Origin: a virus | DNA length: 64,000 nt | Virus record (IMG/VR): IMGVR_UViG_3300030012_004234 | Coordinates: 6,786-70,785 of that record | Strand: one strand, 5' to 3' | The notes under the pieces: model-generated | What the model was told of the DNA's origin: nothing | Database searches by the model: none | Seen by the model: the letters and a program-made list of their open reading frames with translations, nothing else | Translations under genes and position numbers: made by a program | Part shown: piece after piece, positions 29,914 through 38,708 of the stretch | Layout: each line of letters begins with the position of its first letter | How positions within the stretch are numbered: the first letter of the stretch is position 1

Positions 29914-30782
29914 TACTTATTAACTATACTTGATAAATCTAATTTAGGTAAATTTATGCAATTAAGCAAATGATTTATCTCTAAATCGTAGTTTTGATCT
30001 GCTTTATTATCTTTTATCCAAGACTTTAGCGGTCCATAATGTTTTAAAAATATACCTGATTCTTTCAATTTCCATATTCCTTTATCGTTATCTTTTCCCC
30101 ACTCCCATTTTTCACAGTCCCAATCGGTAGAAATTAAAGGTTGATACTCTATATTTTTTTTATCTAATAGATGTTTTAAAACTAATTGCTCAGCAAAAAT
30201 TAAGTATTGAGGATGAGGTACTTCCATATTAGTAAACTCTTCCATAATTTTTAAACTTAATTCTGCATATTCATTAGTAAACTTATAATCAGGTAAATTT
30301 AAAAATGCAACATTGACTGATTCTGTTTGCCATCTTGCTTTATAAGATAATTTTTTTACATATTCATCTAAAGAAGTTGGATAATATCCTTTTCCTACTT
30401 CTAAATTATGTACGTAGACTTTATCTAAATCTAAATATTGTTTTATAGGTCTGTAAATATGAGTATCATTATCCATCAGTATAACATGTTCTTTTACTGA
30501 GGCTAGTACTTGAAGTTTAGAAGAAGCCCAAAAGACGCTTTTATTTATTTTTCTTGGATTAGGAATAGGAAGTATTTTATGCCAAAAATCTAATACTTTT
30601 AATTTATCTAAAGCATCTATAGTAATATCATCTGCATATAATACACAAGTATCTTCTGGATGATTTCTTCTCCAAAGGTTTACTGATGCTAATAATAGTA
30701 ATACGTTAAGCTTACTATTAGTATAGAAATCGAAAGAATTTTGATTATCTTTTATATTTTCTAAAACCCAAATTATTTTCAA
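29913..30782 (-). CDS. Putative nucleotide-diphospho-sugar transferase (DUF6734-like)
   Basis: FWASSKL, ILMDND (DxD), NVAF, IFAEQ, LKHYG. Confidence 0.6.
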   Translation of the reverse strand: MKIIWVLENIKDNQNSFDFYTNSKLNVLLLLASVNLWRRNHPEDTCVLYADDITIDALDKLKVLDFWHKILPIPNPRKINKSVFWASSKLQVLASVKEHVILMDNDTHIYRPIKQYLDLDKVYVHNLEVGKGYYPTSLDEYVKKLSYKARWQTESVNVAFLNLPDYKFTNEYAELSLKIMEEFTNMEVPHPQYLIFAEQLVLKHLLDKKNIEYQPLISTDWDCEKWEWGKDNDKGIWKLKESGIFLKHYGPLKSWIKDNKADQNYDLEINHLLNCINLPKLDLSSIVNK

Positions 30783-30803
30783 AACTTTTTATTTATATTT
30801 TTT

Positions 30804-31517
30804 TTAACAACTACCTGATGCTATTACTACTCCACTTCCGTTAGTTTGAACAAAATCATTACCAGCTACCTGTATAAATCCAGCTGTGACGGTAGATGAT
30901 AAACTATCGTTAGTTCCTATAGTATCTCCAATTACAGGTATAGTTCCTTCAGCATCTCCATTATAGAAGTAAGTAGTACCAACTGAGCTTGAACAAGCAG
31001 CAGCGCTATCACCACCTACAAGACTACCATTAAACGACGGGAACGTAACAGAACCTGTATCGGCATGAGTAGTTGTAAAGTGAGCGTGATAGTTATTATG
31101 ATCTGCTATTGAAGCATCAGTTAATGTAACTGTATTATTAGTACTTATAGATGATCCGCCTCCTCCAGCAGCTGTTCTCCAAGAATCGAAAGTATGAGGA
31201 TAATTAGCTCTAGCATGTAATGTTATTGAAGCTGCTGATATATCTAAATTTTTAACTGTAATAGTAGAAGTAGATGCTGCTACTGAGTACGGGGCATTTA
31301 CTTGACATGTTCCACCATTGCCAGGTACTACGTTACCATAAAATACAGAAGCTCCTTGGAGTATCTGTATACCGAAATCAGCAGGTCCTTGAGATGGATG
31401 GAAGTCACTAAAAGCAGTACTTTGAGAAATATTGCTTGCTCCTTCATCTATCGCATTAGACCAACTTGGAAAAGTTGATGCTGAAATATCGTTAGTACCG
31501 TATATAAATCTTGCCAT
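30804..31517 (-). CDS. Ser/Thr/Gly-rich virion accessory / fibre-associated protein
   Basis: Composition typical of virion beta-rich proteins; YPHTFDSW repeat-domain-like motif; C-terminal AC...NGSGVVI...C domain. Confidence 0.55.
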   Translation of the reverse strand: MARFIYGTNDISASTFPSWSNAIDEGASNISQSTAFSDFHPSQGPADFGIQILQGASVFYGNVVPGNGGTCQVNAPYSVAASTSTITVKNLDISAASITLHARANYPHTFDSWRTAAGGGGSSISTNNTVTLTDASIADHNNYHAHFTTTHADTGSVTFPSFNGSLVGGDSAAACSSSVGTTYFYNGDAEGTIPVIGDTIGTNDSLSSTVTAGFIQVAGNDFVQTNGSGVVIASGSC

Positions 31518-32069
31518 CTATTTTACAGTTTCTATTTTATCTTCTGAAATAAATGTTGTTAAGTATTCGTAAAGTCTTTTATAACAATATTCATATAAAT
31601 TATCGAATGCTTTCAAATCTATTACAGTTTTTTTTTCTTTTTTAGTTCCTTTTAAAACGGTCTTTTGTTTAATTACATCTCTATATTTTATTACTTCATC
31701 TCCGTTTTCATCGAAGCTAACATAAGGTACTTTTTCAGTAACATCCTCTTCTCCATATTCTGGTATGTCTACTTCTCTTTCTTCAGCGACTTGACTCTTT
31801 ATATATTGAGACAATTCTAACTCTTTACCGTCACTACTAGGAGAATCATAATACATTATTTTATTTTGTACTAATCCCTCCATAGGTTTTACTTCTTCTT
31901 CAAGATATACTCTATTATGTCTAATAGCGTGCTCTCGATCTATCCAATACGTAACTTGAAATCCAAGTTGCGCAGTTACTTTGTTGAAAGAAAATCCTTC
32001 AACTCTTACATATAGTTCTTGAGTCGGGCCTTGACTCGTCTCAAGATCAGCGTTTATAATGAAACCCAT
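31518..32069 (-). CDS. Hypothetical protein (possible fibre assembly helper)
   Basis: 183-aa ORF immediately downstream of the S74 chaperone gene. Confidence 0.5.
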   Translation of the reverse strand: MGFIINADLETSQGPTQELYVRVEGFSFNKVTAQLGFQVTYWIDREHAIRHNRVYLEEEVKPMEGLVQNKIMYYDSPSSDGKELELSQYIKSQVAEEREVDIPEYGEEDVTEKVPYVSFDENGDEVIKYRDVIKQKTVLKGTKKEKKTVIDLKAFDNLYEYCYKRLYEYLTTFISEDKIETVK

Positions 32070-32079
32070 ATATTATAAC

Positions 32080-32640
32080 TTATTTATTTTTTAATTCTTC
32101 TATTTCTCCTTTTAACTCTTTTATTGCATTTACTAAAATAGGTACTACTTTAGCATAATCAACTGTAAGATGAGGATCTTCTCCATTCAATCCATCTACT
32201 TCTTTTACTAATTCTGGAACTATTTCCTGTACTTGCTGTGCAATAAATCCTATATCATGTTTTCTGTCAAGTTTTTCTTTCCAGTCAAACTCTTTAGCTT
32301 CTAAATTTAATATATGATCTAATCCATATTTTGTATCAACGATGTTAGTTTTTAACCTTTCATCAGAAGCTACAGTAGATGAATATGCTACAACATCTGC
32401 ATTCGCATGAAATGTACCGCCATCTGTGAATCTAAAATCTTCGACGTTATCGATTGCTACTTTAATCATAGCATCAGTACCGAAATCTATGTATTCGTCA
32501 TTAGCGGCTGCTCCAACCTTAGCTACTCCTAGTAAATTATTTGAATTTGCGTTTAAATCTCCGGTTAGAAGAACAGAACCGGAAACTGAGTTAAGGGATG
32601 CATCGGACCCCGAAACTATTACTTTTTTCCAATTTGGCAT
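32080..32640 (-). CDS. Short tail-fibre protein with intramolecular chaperone (peptidase S74)
   Basis: DVVAYS..SDERLKTNI, FDW, GFIAQQVQEIVPELV, VDYAKVVPILVNAIKEL plus coiled coil. Confidence 0.92.
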   Translation of the reverse strand: MPNWKKVIVSGSDASLNSVSGSVLLTGDLNANSNNLLGVAKVGAAANDEYIDFGTDAMIKVAIDNVEDFRFTDGGTFHANADVVAYSSTVASDERLKTNIVDTKYGLDHILNLEAKEFDWKEKLDRKHDIGFIAQQVQEIVPELVKEVDGLNGEDPHLTVDYAKVVPILVNAIKELKGEIEELKNK

Positions 32641-32651
32641 AATTTTAAGTT

Positions 32652-32702
32652 TTATGGTTGGTTACTACAATAGCCCACTTCCCCTTACGGGGCCAATAAA
32701 GC
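32652..32702 (-). ncRNA. Candidate structured 5' leader RNA
   Basis: GC-rich island in AT-rich intergenic DNA: UUGG CCCC GUAA GGGG AAGUGGGCUAUUGUAGUAA CCAA. Lies between a TATTTATA motif and the ATG and has no U-tract. Confidence 0.45.
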
Positions 32703-32710
32703 TTTACCAT

Positions 32711-32718
32711 TATAAATA
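32711..32718 (-). promoter_or_regulatory. Putative late-promoter motif TATTTATA
   Basis: Intergenic, upstream of the S74 fibre gene. Confidence 0.6.
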
Positions 32719-32778
32719 GCCATTATAATATAATAAAAAAAGCCTAATAAAACTAATTATCCGATAAAAAAAAGATTA

Positions 32779-33930
32779 TTATACGTAAATATAGATATCC
32801 CCGTTATCTATCCTGATATTACCATAGTGATCTGCTTGAGAACCAGTAGCTATATCAGATGATCCAGAAACGACTCCTGCTACGTAGTAATCAGCTGTTG
32901 CTGTAGTCGAAGAAGCTGCAGCGCTACCTACTGCTAATCTACCGTCGTTAGAATTGAAATCTCCATTCCAAAATAAAGCTGAACCAGAATTAGCTGCTCC
33001 TTCTGAGCCTCCAAAGATTATTCCTGATTCATCTGTTGCTGTAGATGATCCTGAGTTGAGAAGAATAAATTTATCTTGTACATTTAAGTTAGATACTTGA
33101 TTTTCTATAGTATCTCCAGTAACAGTTAAGTTTCCTGTGATAGTAGCATTTCCTGTTACTGTTAATAAAGAACCGTCAAAAGTTAAATTAGCTTCACCGT
33201 TCATAGATGAGCTATTTATAGCAGTTAATACTCTATTATTGAGCCCATTATTAATCATTGAAGTACCTACAGTACCATCATCTATTTGAGATCTTAGAGT
33301 TCTACCAACATATTGATAGACGGTCATATAAACATATTGAGTAGCTGAAGGAGCTTGACCACTATTCCAAGTTAATACTCCAGTCTTATAATCGAATACA
33401 TAGTTATCATCAGTTATAGCATCGGTACTTATACCTCCTGCAGTAGCAGAAGTATCTTTAAATACAACAGCTTTATAACCTGTAGTGCTAGCTTCAGCAT
33501 TTCTAGTACTATGAGCTGCTATTATATATTTAGGAGAAACAAAATTAGTCTGTTGATCTGTTTCTATTAGCTGATCTGATGAAACTGAACCTGAAGGAGA
33601 TGCAGGATCAGATGTAGTAAAATAATAAACTTGTCTATTACCGTTACCAGCTGGTTTTAATTTTTTTCTATAATGATATTTTAGAACTTCTACATTAGGT
33701 GCTAAAGTTGGGTTCACTACACTACCAGAAATAATACCACCATCTTGACTTGAACCACTAAAAGCTAATTGGGAACTACCAGTAGGAATAAGACCATCAT
33801 CTGTAAATATTTCACCTGCTCCGAGGTCAAATACATCCGTGAACGCTTCTTGAGCTAAAGTAAGTTCATCAGTTGTAAACCTCCTACCTTGTAATAATCG
33901 TTCTGATCTGTTGCTTGAATTATATGCCAT
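32779..33930 (-). CDS. Tail fibre / virion structural protein
   Basis: FDYKTGVL..Y.YVG, NNRVLTA..NGEANLTFDG, GNLTVTG..LNVQDKFILLN fibre-type motifs. Confidence 0.7.
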   Translation of the reverse strand: MAYNSSNRSERLLQGRRFTTDELTLAQEAFTDVFDLGAGEIFTDDGLIPTGSSQLAFSGSSQDGGIISGSVVNPTLAPNVEVLKYHYRKKLKPAGNGNRQVYYFTTSDPASPSGSVSSDQLIETDQQTNFVSPKYIIAAHSTRNAEASTTGYKAVVFKDTSATAGGISTDAITDDNYVFDYKTGVLTWNSGQAPSATQYVYMTVYQYVGRTLRSQIDDGTVGTSMINNGLNNRVLTAINSSSMNGEANLTFDGSLLTVTGNATITGNLTVTGDTIENQVSNLNVQDKFILLNSGSSTATDESGIIFGGSEGAANSGSALFWNGDFNSNDGRLAVGSAAASSTTATADYYVAGVVSGSSDIATGSQADHYGNIRIDNGDIYIYV

Positions 33931-33945
33931 TTTTATTCCTCTTTA

Positions 33946-36624
33946 TTACGATACCGATACTGTTATTTGTTCTATTGTTTTTACAGGTTTACCAGTATAT
34001 CTAATTAGTAACCAGATTTTATCGTTAGTTCCATTAATTGTCTGTCCTACAGCATTACTTAATCCTAATGTCAATGTTCCTGATGAATTAGTTAATGATG
34101 AAAAGTCTGCTTGTACGTCTACATTAGCATTAAATGGATTTAATTGATTACTAGCTCCTTGATTGTCTAATGCTCCTCCGTATGAGCTATTTCCTTTTAC
34201 AGCATCAAATATTATAGTTCTTGCATCACCACTATTAGCTGGTAATTGATTTTCAAATATTACACCTATAGCTATTTTATTACTAGTAGTAGTATTAAAG
34301 TCTACTAAATCATCTGATGAATTAGGAGATAAGTCTATAGTCAATGTACCTTGGTTAGAACTTGCTCCAGTTTCGAATTCTCTTAAGTACCATTTGTAAT
34401 GAGAAGCACTAAATCCTCCTGTTGGATAAAAATATCCAAATGATGATTCAGGATTTACTAAATATCCTGGTTTTACTTGCAATCCTTTACCGTCTCCTAA
34501 ACTAAGTTTATCTGTACTAGTCCAAGATGTAGTTAAACCAGTAGGTGAAAGTATTACTCTTCTATATGTTTCATTTGTAAATCTTTCGATCAAAGCAGTT
34601 GATGCAGTTCCTCCTCCAAAATATCCCATCGATCCACTAGCTGCAGGTTGACCAAATGTACCGGCAGTATGAATAGCTACTGTGTTAGTTTTTAAAGTAG
34701 ATTGAGATGATGATCTATTTCTACCTTTTATATCTAAAGTGAAATCTGTGTCAATGAATCCATTTTCTCTAAATGTCTGTCCAGTACCACTTAAAGTATA
34801 CGTTGCATCTATATGAAAGTTATCAGTTCTAAAAGGTACTGATGTTGTACTTCTTACTACTCCTCCTGTACTATAAACTGCATTAGCTGTTTGTATAGTT
34901 CCACCTGATGTTGATAATGTATCAACTCCTGAAGTATTACTTACCGTAACATTAGATGGAGTTGGAGAAGTTATACTTACATCTCCTAAAGTAGTTGATG
35001 AAGCATATAAAGGTTCAAATAAACCACTTGCTGTAGAAGTTAATTTATAAGTTCCACCAGTTATATGAGGTACTCCAGATAATGATCCTGAAGTTAAAGT
35101 TAATGCAGTAACAGAGGTAGACCCTGTACTTAAAGTTTGAGACCCTATATTACTTTCTATATTATCTACTGGTGCCCAGAATATAGTTTCACTTGCAGTG
35201 TTTGTATCAAAATCAGCCTGTGATCCTGTTGCTATCCCAATAGTAGTATTAATAGTATACGTACCTGATGAAGATACACTAGTTAAAGATTGTGCAGTCC
35301 AGTTTACTAAGTTTTTAGAAAATACAGTAGCAAACTTACCATCTTGAAATGCTGCTGGTATTACTGCAGGATTTACTGTGTTAATTTTAGCCAACGTTAC
35401 TCCGCCAGAAGTACCGAAAGCAGATTGAGTTAAAATAGTAGCTGATGAAGAAGCTTCTGATTGTTGATCTGATCCTGTATTTGAGAAAGTCCAACTATGT
35501 GAACCACTTACTTTAAAAGCAGATGCTCCACCACTATCTAATCCTCCTAAACCAAATAGTTGAGAATCAGCAGATGAAGATACTGTTGTAGAGCCTCCAG
35601 CTACAGAAGTATAAGAAATCAACGGAGTAGTAGACTTATATATAGTTTTACCTGGAAATAATGTTCCTCCTACTGCGGCAAAACCTTTTGTAATTAAATA
35701 TTCAACATCATCTATATCTTGATCTTGAGGTACATTACCTGCTATCGAGTCAGTTGAACCTAAACTTTTATTTTCGCTAATAGAACCATATGTTTTAGTA
35801 TTAGCAGTTGGATTGGCAGCTGATGAAGAGAGAAGACCTGCTACAAACCTTAAAATTTCACTTACATGAGTTGTGTTATCGAAGTTATCAAAATAACTTC
35901 CATCTAAATTAGTACCCCATTGGTTAGATGTAGGGTAACCATTTTGAATATTATTAGTAAAGATAGCTGTAGAAGATGTAGCAGCTGTATGCACACTTAA
36001 TGAGCCAGTTACACCTAAGCTACCAGTTATTTGAGCTGAACCTGAAAAAGGAAACGTATCTCCACTACTATTTAATGCAAAAGAAGCTGTTACTGCATGA
36101 GAAGCAGAAACTACTGTTCCATCTATACTTGCTGAATTTACGTATGATGCTGTAAATGCATTTGCTACAGCTCCATCTACTTTACCCCCAGGTACATAAG
36201 AAGATGTTACTGCATGAGAAGCAGAAACTGCTATTGATGCTGTAAATGCGTTTGCTACAGTTCCGTCTACGTTACCACCAGCTACATAAGAAGCTGTATC
36301 AGCATTAGATGAAGAAACTTCTTTAACTGTTTCGTGAGAGGCAGAAACTGCATATGAAGCACTTACTATAGTTAGATCAAAAGAGCTACCATCACCTTTA
36401 GTGAATGTAACTACTTGTGTTGAGCCTGAATTAGATGCTGTTGTTATTAAAGATCCTGTATTGCCGCCGCCTCCTGCATTAACAGCTGCTCCGTTTAAAG
36501 TAATAGATCCAGTAATATCTAGTGAACCAGTTAATACTTCTGATCCGCTTACAACTAAAGAACCAGTTAGTACTCTAGCATTAGATAAATCTCCAGATAT
36601 CTGTTTTCTTGAAATAATTGCCAT
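33946..36624 (-). CDS. Large Ser/Thr/Gly-rich virion structural (fibre-like) protein
   Basis: 892 aa; TGS/SGS and A.TAS/SASHA repeats, FPFSGSAQITGSL. Confidence 0.7.
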   Translation of the reverse strand: MAIISRKQISGDLSNARVLTGSLVVSGSEVLTGSLDITGSITLNGAAVNAGGGGNTGSLITTASNSGSTQVVTFTKGDGSSFDLTIVSASYAVSASHETVKEVSSSNADTASYVAGGNVDGTVANAFTASIAVSASHAVTSSYVPGGKVDGAVANAFTASYVNSASIDGTVVSASHAVTASFALNSSGDTFPFSGSAQITGSLGVTGSLSVHTAATSSTAIFTNNIQNGYPTSNQWGTNLDGSYFDNFDNTTHVSEILRFVAGLLSSSAANPTANTKTYGSISENKSLGSTDSIAGNVPQDQDIDDVEYLITKGFAAVGGTLFPGKTIYKSTTPLISYTSVAGGSTTVSSSADSQLFGLGGLDSGGASAFKVSGSHSWTFSNTGSDQQSEASSSATILTQSAFGTSGGVTLAKINTVNPAVIPAAFQDGKFATVFSKNLVNWTAQSLTSVSSSGTYTINTTIGIATGSQADFDTNTASETIFWAPVDNIESNIGSQTLSTGSTSVTALTLTSGSLSGVPHITGGTYKLTSTASGLFEPLYASSTTLGDVSITSPTPSNVTVSNTSGVDTLSTSGGTIQTANAVYSTGGVVRSTTSVPFRTDNFHIDATYTLSGTGQTFRENGFIDTDFTLDIKGRNRSSSQSTLKTNTVAIHTAGTFGQPAASGSMGYFGGGTASTALIERFTNETYRRVILSPTGLTTSWTSTDKLSLGDGKGLQVKPGYLVNPESSFGYFYPTGGFSASHYKWYLREFETGASSNQGTLTIDLSPNSSDDLVDFNTTTSNKIAIGVIFENQLPANSGDARTIIFDAVKGNSSYGGALDNQGASNQLNPFNANVDVQADFSSLTNSSGTLTLGLSNAVGQTINGTNDKIWLLIRYTGKPVKTIEQITVSVS
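36075..36370 (-). repeat. Degenerate coding repeats (SASHAVTAS / VDGTVANAFTAS)
   Basis: e.g. tgttactgcatgagaagcagaaact occurs near 36088 and 36205; gatgctgtaaatgc.tttgctacag occurs twice. Confidence 0.8.
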
Positions 36625-36625
36625 C

Positions 36626-37042
36626 TTACGCTTCTAATTTTCCTGTTATCATATACTCATCACTAGCACTTATAGTATACCCTAATTGCGTTGCATTAAA
36701 AGTAATAACTACATTAGGTCCACTCTGTGCTACGGATGTTACTGCTTCTTTTTCAACAGCTACTCCATTTATAAATATCGTGAAATCATTGATACTTTGA
36801 GTTGGAAACCCAGTTGGTACAGTAGCTAGTGAAGTTGATACAAAAGTTGCTGTTGCAGAACCAGTATTCACTGTTACAGTCTTACTATTGCTTGTGTGAG
36901 CGTTATTAATTACAGAATATGCTTTTTGTTCACTTGTCATAGTTTCTATAGTTTGTTGTACTAATTTACCAGTAGTAGATACGTTATCGTAAAAACGAAC
37001 TGCTAAGGAAGTACTTCTTGTTGCTGAAAATCTTTTAGCCAT
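36626..37042 (-). CDS. Putative structural protein
   Basis: Beta-rich; F.IFING...LGY.I...DE...GK motif; lies in the structural operon. Confidence 0.55.
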   Translation of the reverse strand: MAKRFSATRSTSLAVRFYDNVSTTGKLVQQTIETMTSEQKAYSVINNAHTSNSKTVTVNTGSATATFVSTSLATVPTGFPTQSINDFTIFINGVAVEKEAVTSVAQSGPNVVITFNATQLGYTISASDEYMITGKLEA

Positions 37043-37902
37043 TATAAATCATTTATATTTACTACACTTTCTAATCCAAATATTACTGCTCCTTTGCTAA
37101 AATATTTAAGATTACCTTGTCTTAAAGTATTAATAGTATCAGGTACTATATGTCCCATTAAGTTTATATCAAATTCAGTCTTAACTGTTCTGTCTTGACC
37201 TTTGACTAACTCAGTAACCATGTTAAAATCATTTATCATAGCTCTAAAACTAAATTTATTTGGATCACCCCAGTATGAATCTGATGCATAATTAATACTT
37301 TCTATCATTTTATTCATTTGTTCTATAAATTGTGTAAATATAATACATGAATAAGTGATATTTACATAATCTGGTACTGCTACAGCGTAATATTCGTCTA
37401 CTGGTGTTCTATTATTTAGTATAGAGAATCTATCATATTGATTTTTCTTAGACCACTTCTTTTTAAACACTCCAAAGTTATGAGGATTGTTAGCATCCAT
37501 CTTATTACCTAAGTTTCTATTCTTAGATATAGTATTTCTTTTTATTAGTATGAGAGGTAGTTGTATTTTCCCCTTTTGATCACGGTAAAACCCGTCGCTT
37601 TGCACGGCTTTCCATCTTTCCGGTGAACCGTATAGGACAGGTACGTTCTTTTGGGATCCATTTTGAATAACAAAAGGCTTAATTACATTATTAAAGTAGT
37701 AAAATATAGCTTCGTCTATGTCTCTTAGACCTAAACTAAAAGGTTTTACAGTATCGTCTTTAACTGATCGTTGATTTTCTCTTTTTTTAAGGTTAGTACT
37801 ATCTGGTTTAGAAGCTTTATACCTTTCTACTTCGTAGGGTTTGATAGTATCTACTCTTTTCTGTCTTTGATTCTTAGGATTTATGTTGATATCGTCTGCC
37901 AT
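37042..37902 (-). CDS. gp15: Tail terminator / sheath stabiliser (T4 gp15-like)
   Basis: VPVLYGSPERW, IQLPLI, PDYVNITY..I..QMNKMIE; follows the neck genes. Confidence 0.7.
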   Translation of the reverse strand: MADDININPKNQRQKRVDTIKPYEVERYKASKPDSTNLKKRENQRSVKDDTVKPFSLGLRDIDEAIFYYFNNVIKPFVIQNGSQKNVPVLYGSPERWKAVQSDGFYRDQKGKIQLPLILIKRNTISKNRNLGNKMDANNPHNFGVFKKKWSKKNQYDRFSILNNRTPVDEYYAVAVPDYVNITYSCIIFTQFIEQMNKMIESINYASDSYWGDPNKFSFRAMINDFNMVTELVKGQDRTVKTEFDINLMGHIVPDTINTLRQGNLKYFSKGAVIFGLESVVNINDL

Positions 37903-37905
37903 ATA

Positions 37906-38406
37906 TTATAAATAAGTAGTTCCTTCAAAATCTATACCTGTTGCTTCTTTTCTAGTCATGTGAGCTGTACATATAATAGATAAGCTGCTTCCAAACTTGT
38001 CTCCATACGAAGTTAAATTGTAAGATTTGTTTCTTCCTACAAATAATTGGTTCTCTGTTACGTTATCTACTTCGTAATAATCTTCTTGCCAGTTAATTAT
38101 ATCTCCAGTTTCTGGAATAACAGAAGAATCTTTTAAGTCTTCTCTTAAAAACGCAAATGATACTTCTCTTTCTAGATCTGGTAATGTTAAATCATTAATA
38201 TCTATTACTTGATCACCTCTAGTTATTAAACAATTAAGTTTAGCCGGTACAAAGTAAGTTTTACTTAATGATTCTCCGTATAAATTAGCTACAGTTTGGT
38301 CTAAGTTAATTTTATAGTAAATAACTTCTTGTTCTATTATATCTTTTAATAGCTCTCTGTTAATATTTACTAATAAGTCAAAATCTCTATTACTTCCGAA
38401 TAACAT
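37906..38406 (-). CDS. gp14: Neck / head-closure protein (T4 gp14-like)
   Basis: V.YYK...NLYGE...K, PETGDII.W...YYEV. Confidence 0.75.
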   Translation of the reverse strand: MLFGSNRDFDLLVNINRELLKDIIEQEVIYYKINLDQTVANLYGESLSKTYFVPAKLNCLITRGDQVIDINDLTLPDLEREVSFAFLREDLKDSSVIPETGDIINWQEDYYEVDNVTENQLFVGRNKSYNLTSYGDKFGSSLSIICTAHMTRKEATGIDFEGTTYL

Positions 38407-38708
38407 TACTTATCTTCTATTGTGTTTTCAGCTATTTCTACATCTTTTATAAAACTATACTTATTCATAGCGTTAGTTTTAAAAGCATTAAAAGCTTCTG
38501 TTGCTTCTTTTTGTGAAATTAGCTTTACTTTAAATGTTTCTCTATACTCTCCATCTCCAGAAGCTAGTGTAACAGTAGTTACACCAGGTAATGCTCTTAA
38601 TAATTCAGCTAAATTACCTACTTTTTCACTTCCATCAAAAATTACCTGTACCATACCTTCGTATGTACTGTAATTAATCTCTTCTTTTAATATATCTAAT
38701 AACTTCAT
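38406..38708 (-). CDS. Small protein with leader MKLLDILKE; ferredoxin-like/AsnC-like body
   Basis: LAELLRALPGVTTVT; sits between the gp13-like and gp14-like genes. Confidence 0.55.
   Translation of the reverse strand: MKLLDILKEEINYSTYEGMVQVIFDGSEKVGNLAELLRALPGVTTVTLASGDGEYRETFKVKLISQKEATEAFNAFKTNAMNKYSFIKDVEIAENTIEDK

Noticed and set aside
2002-30782. Glycan island as a bacterial capsule/O-antigen locus (host contamination or prophage flank)
   Set aside because: It is seamlessly co-oriented between phage fibre and sheath genes and lacks recognisable wzx/wzy/ABC export or membrane initiating transferase genes.
7316-36777. Intragenic TATAAATA copies (e.g. 7316, 13594, 18286, 36770)
   Set aside because: Expected by chance in AT-rich coding DNA; not called as promoters.
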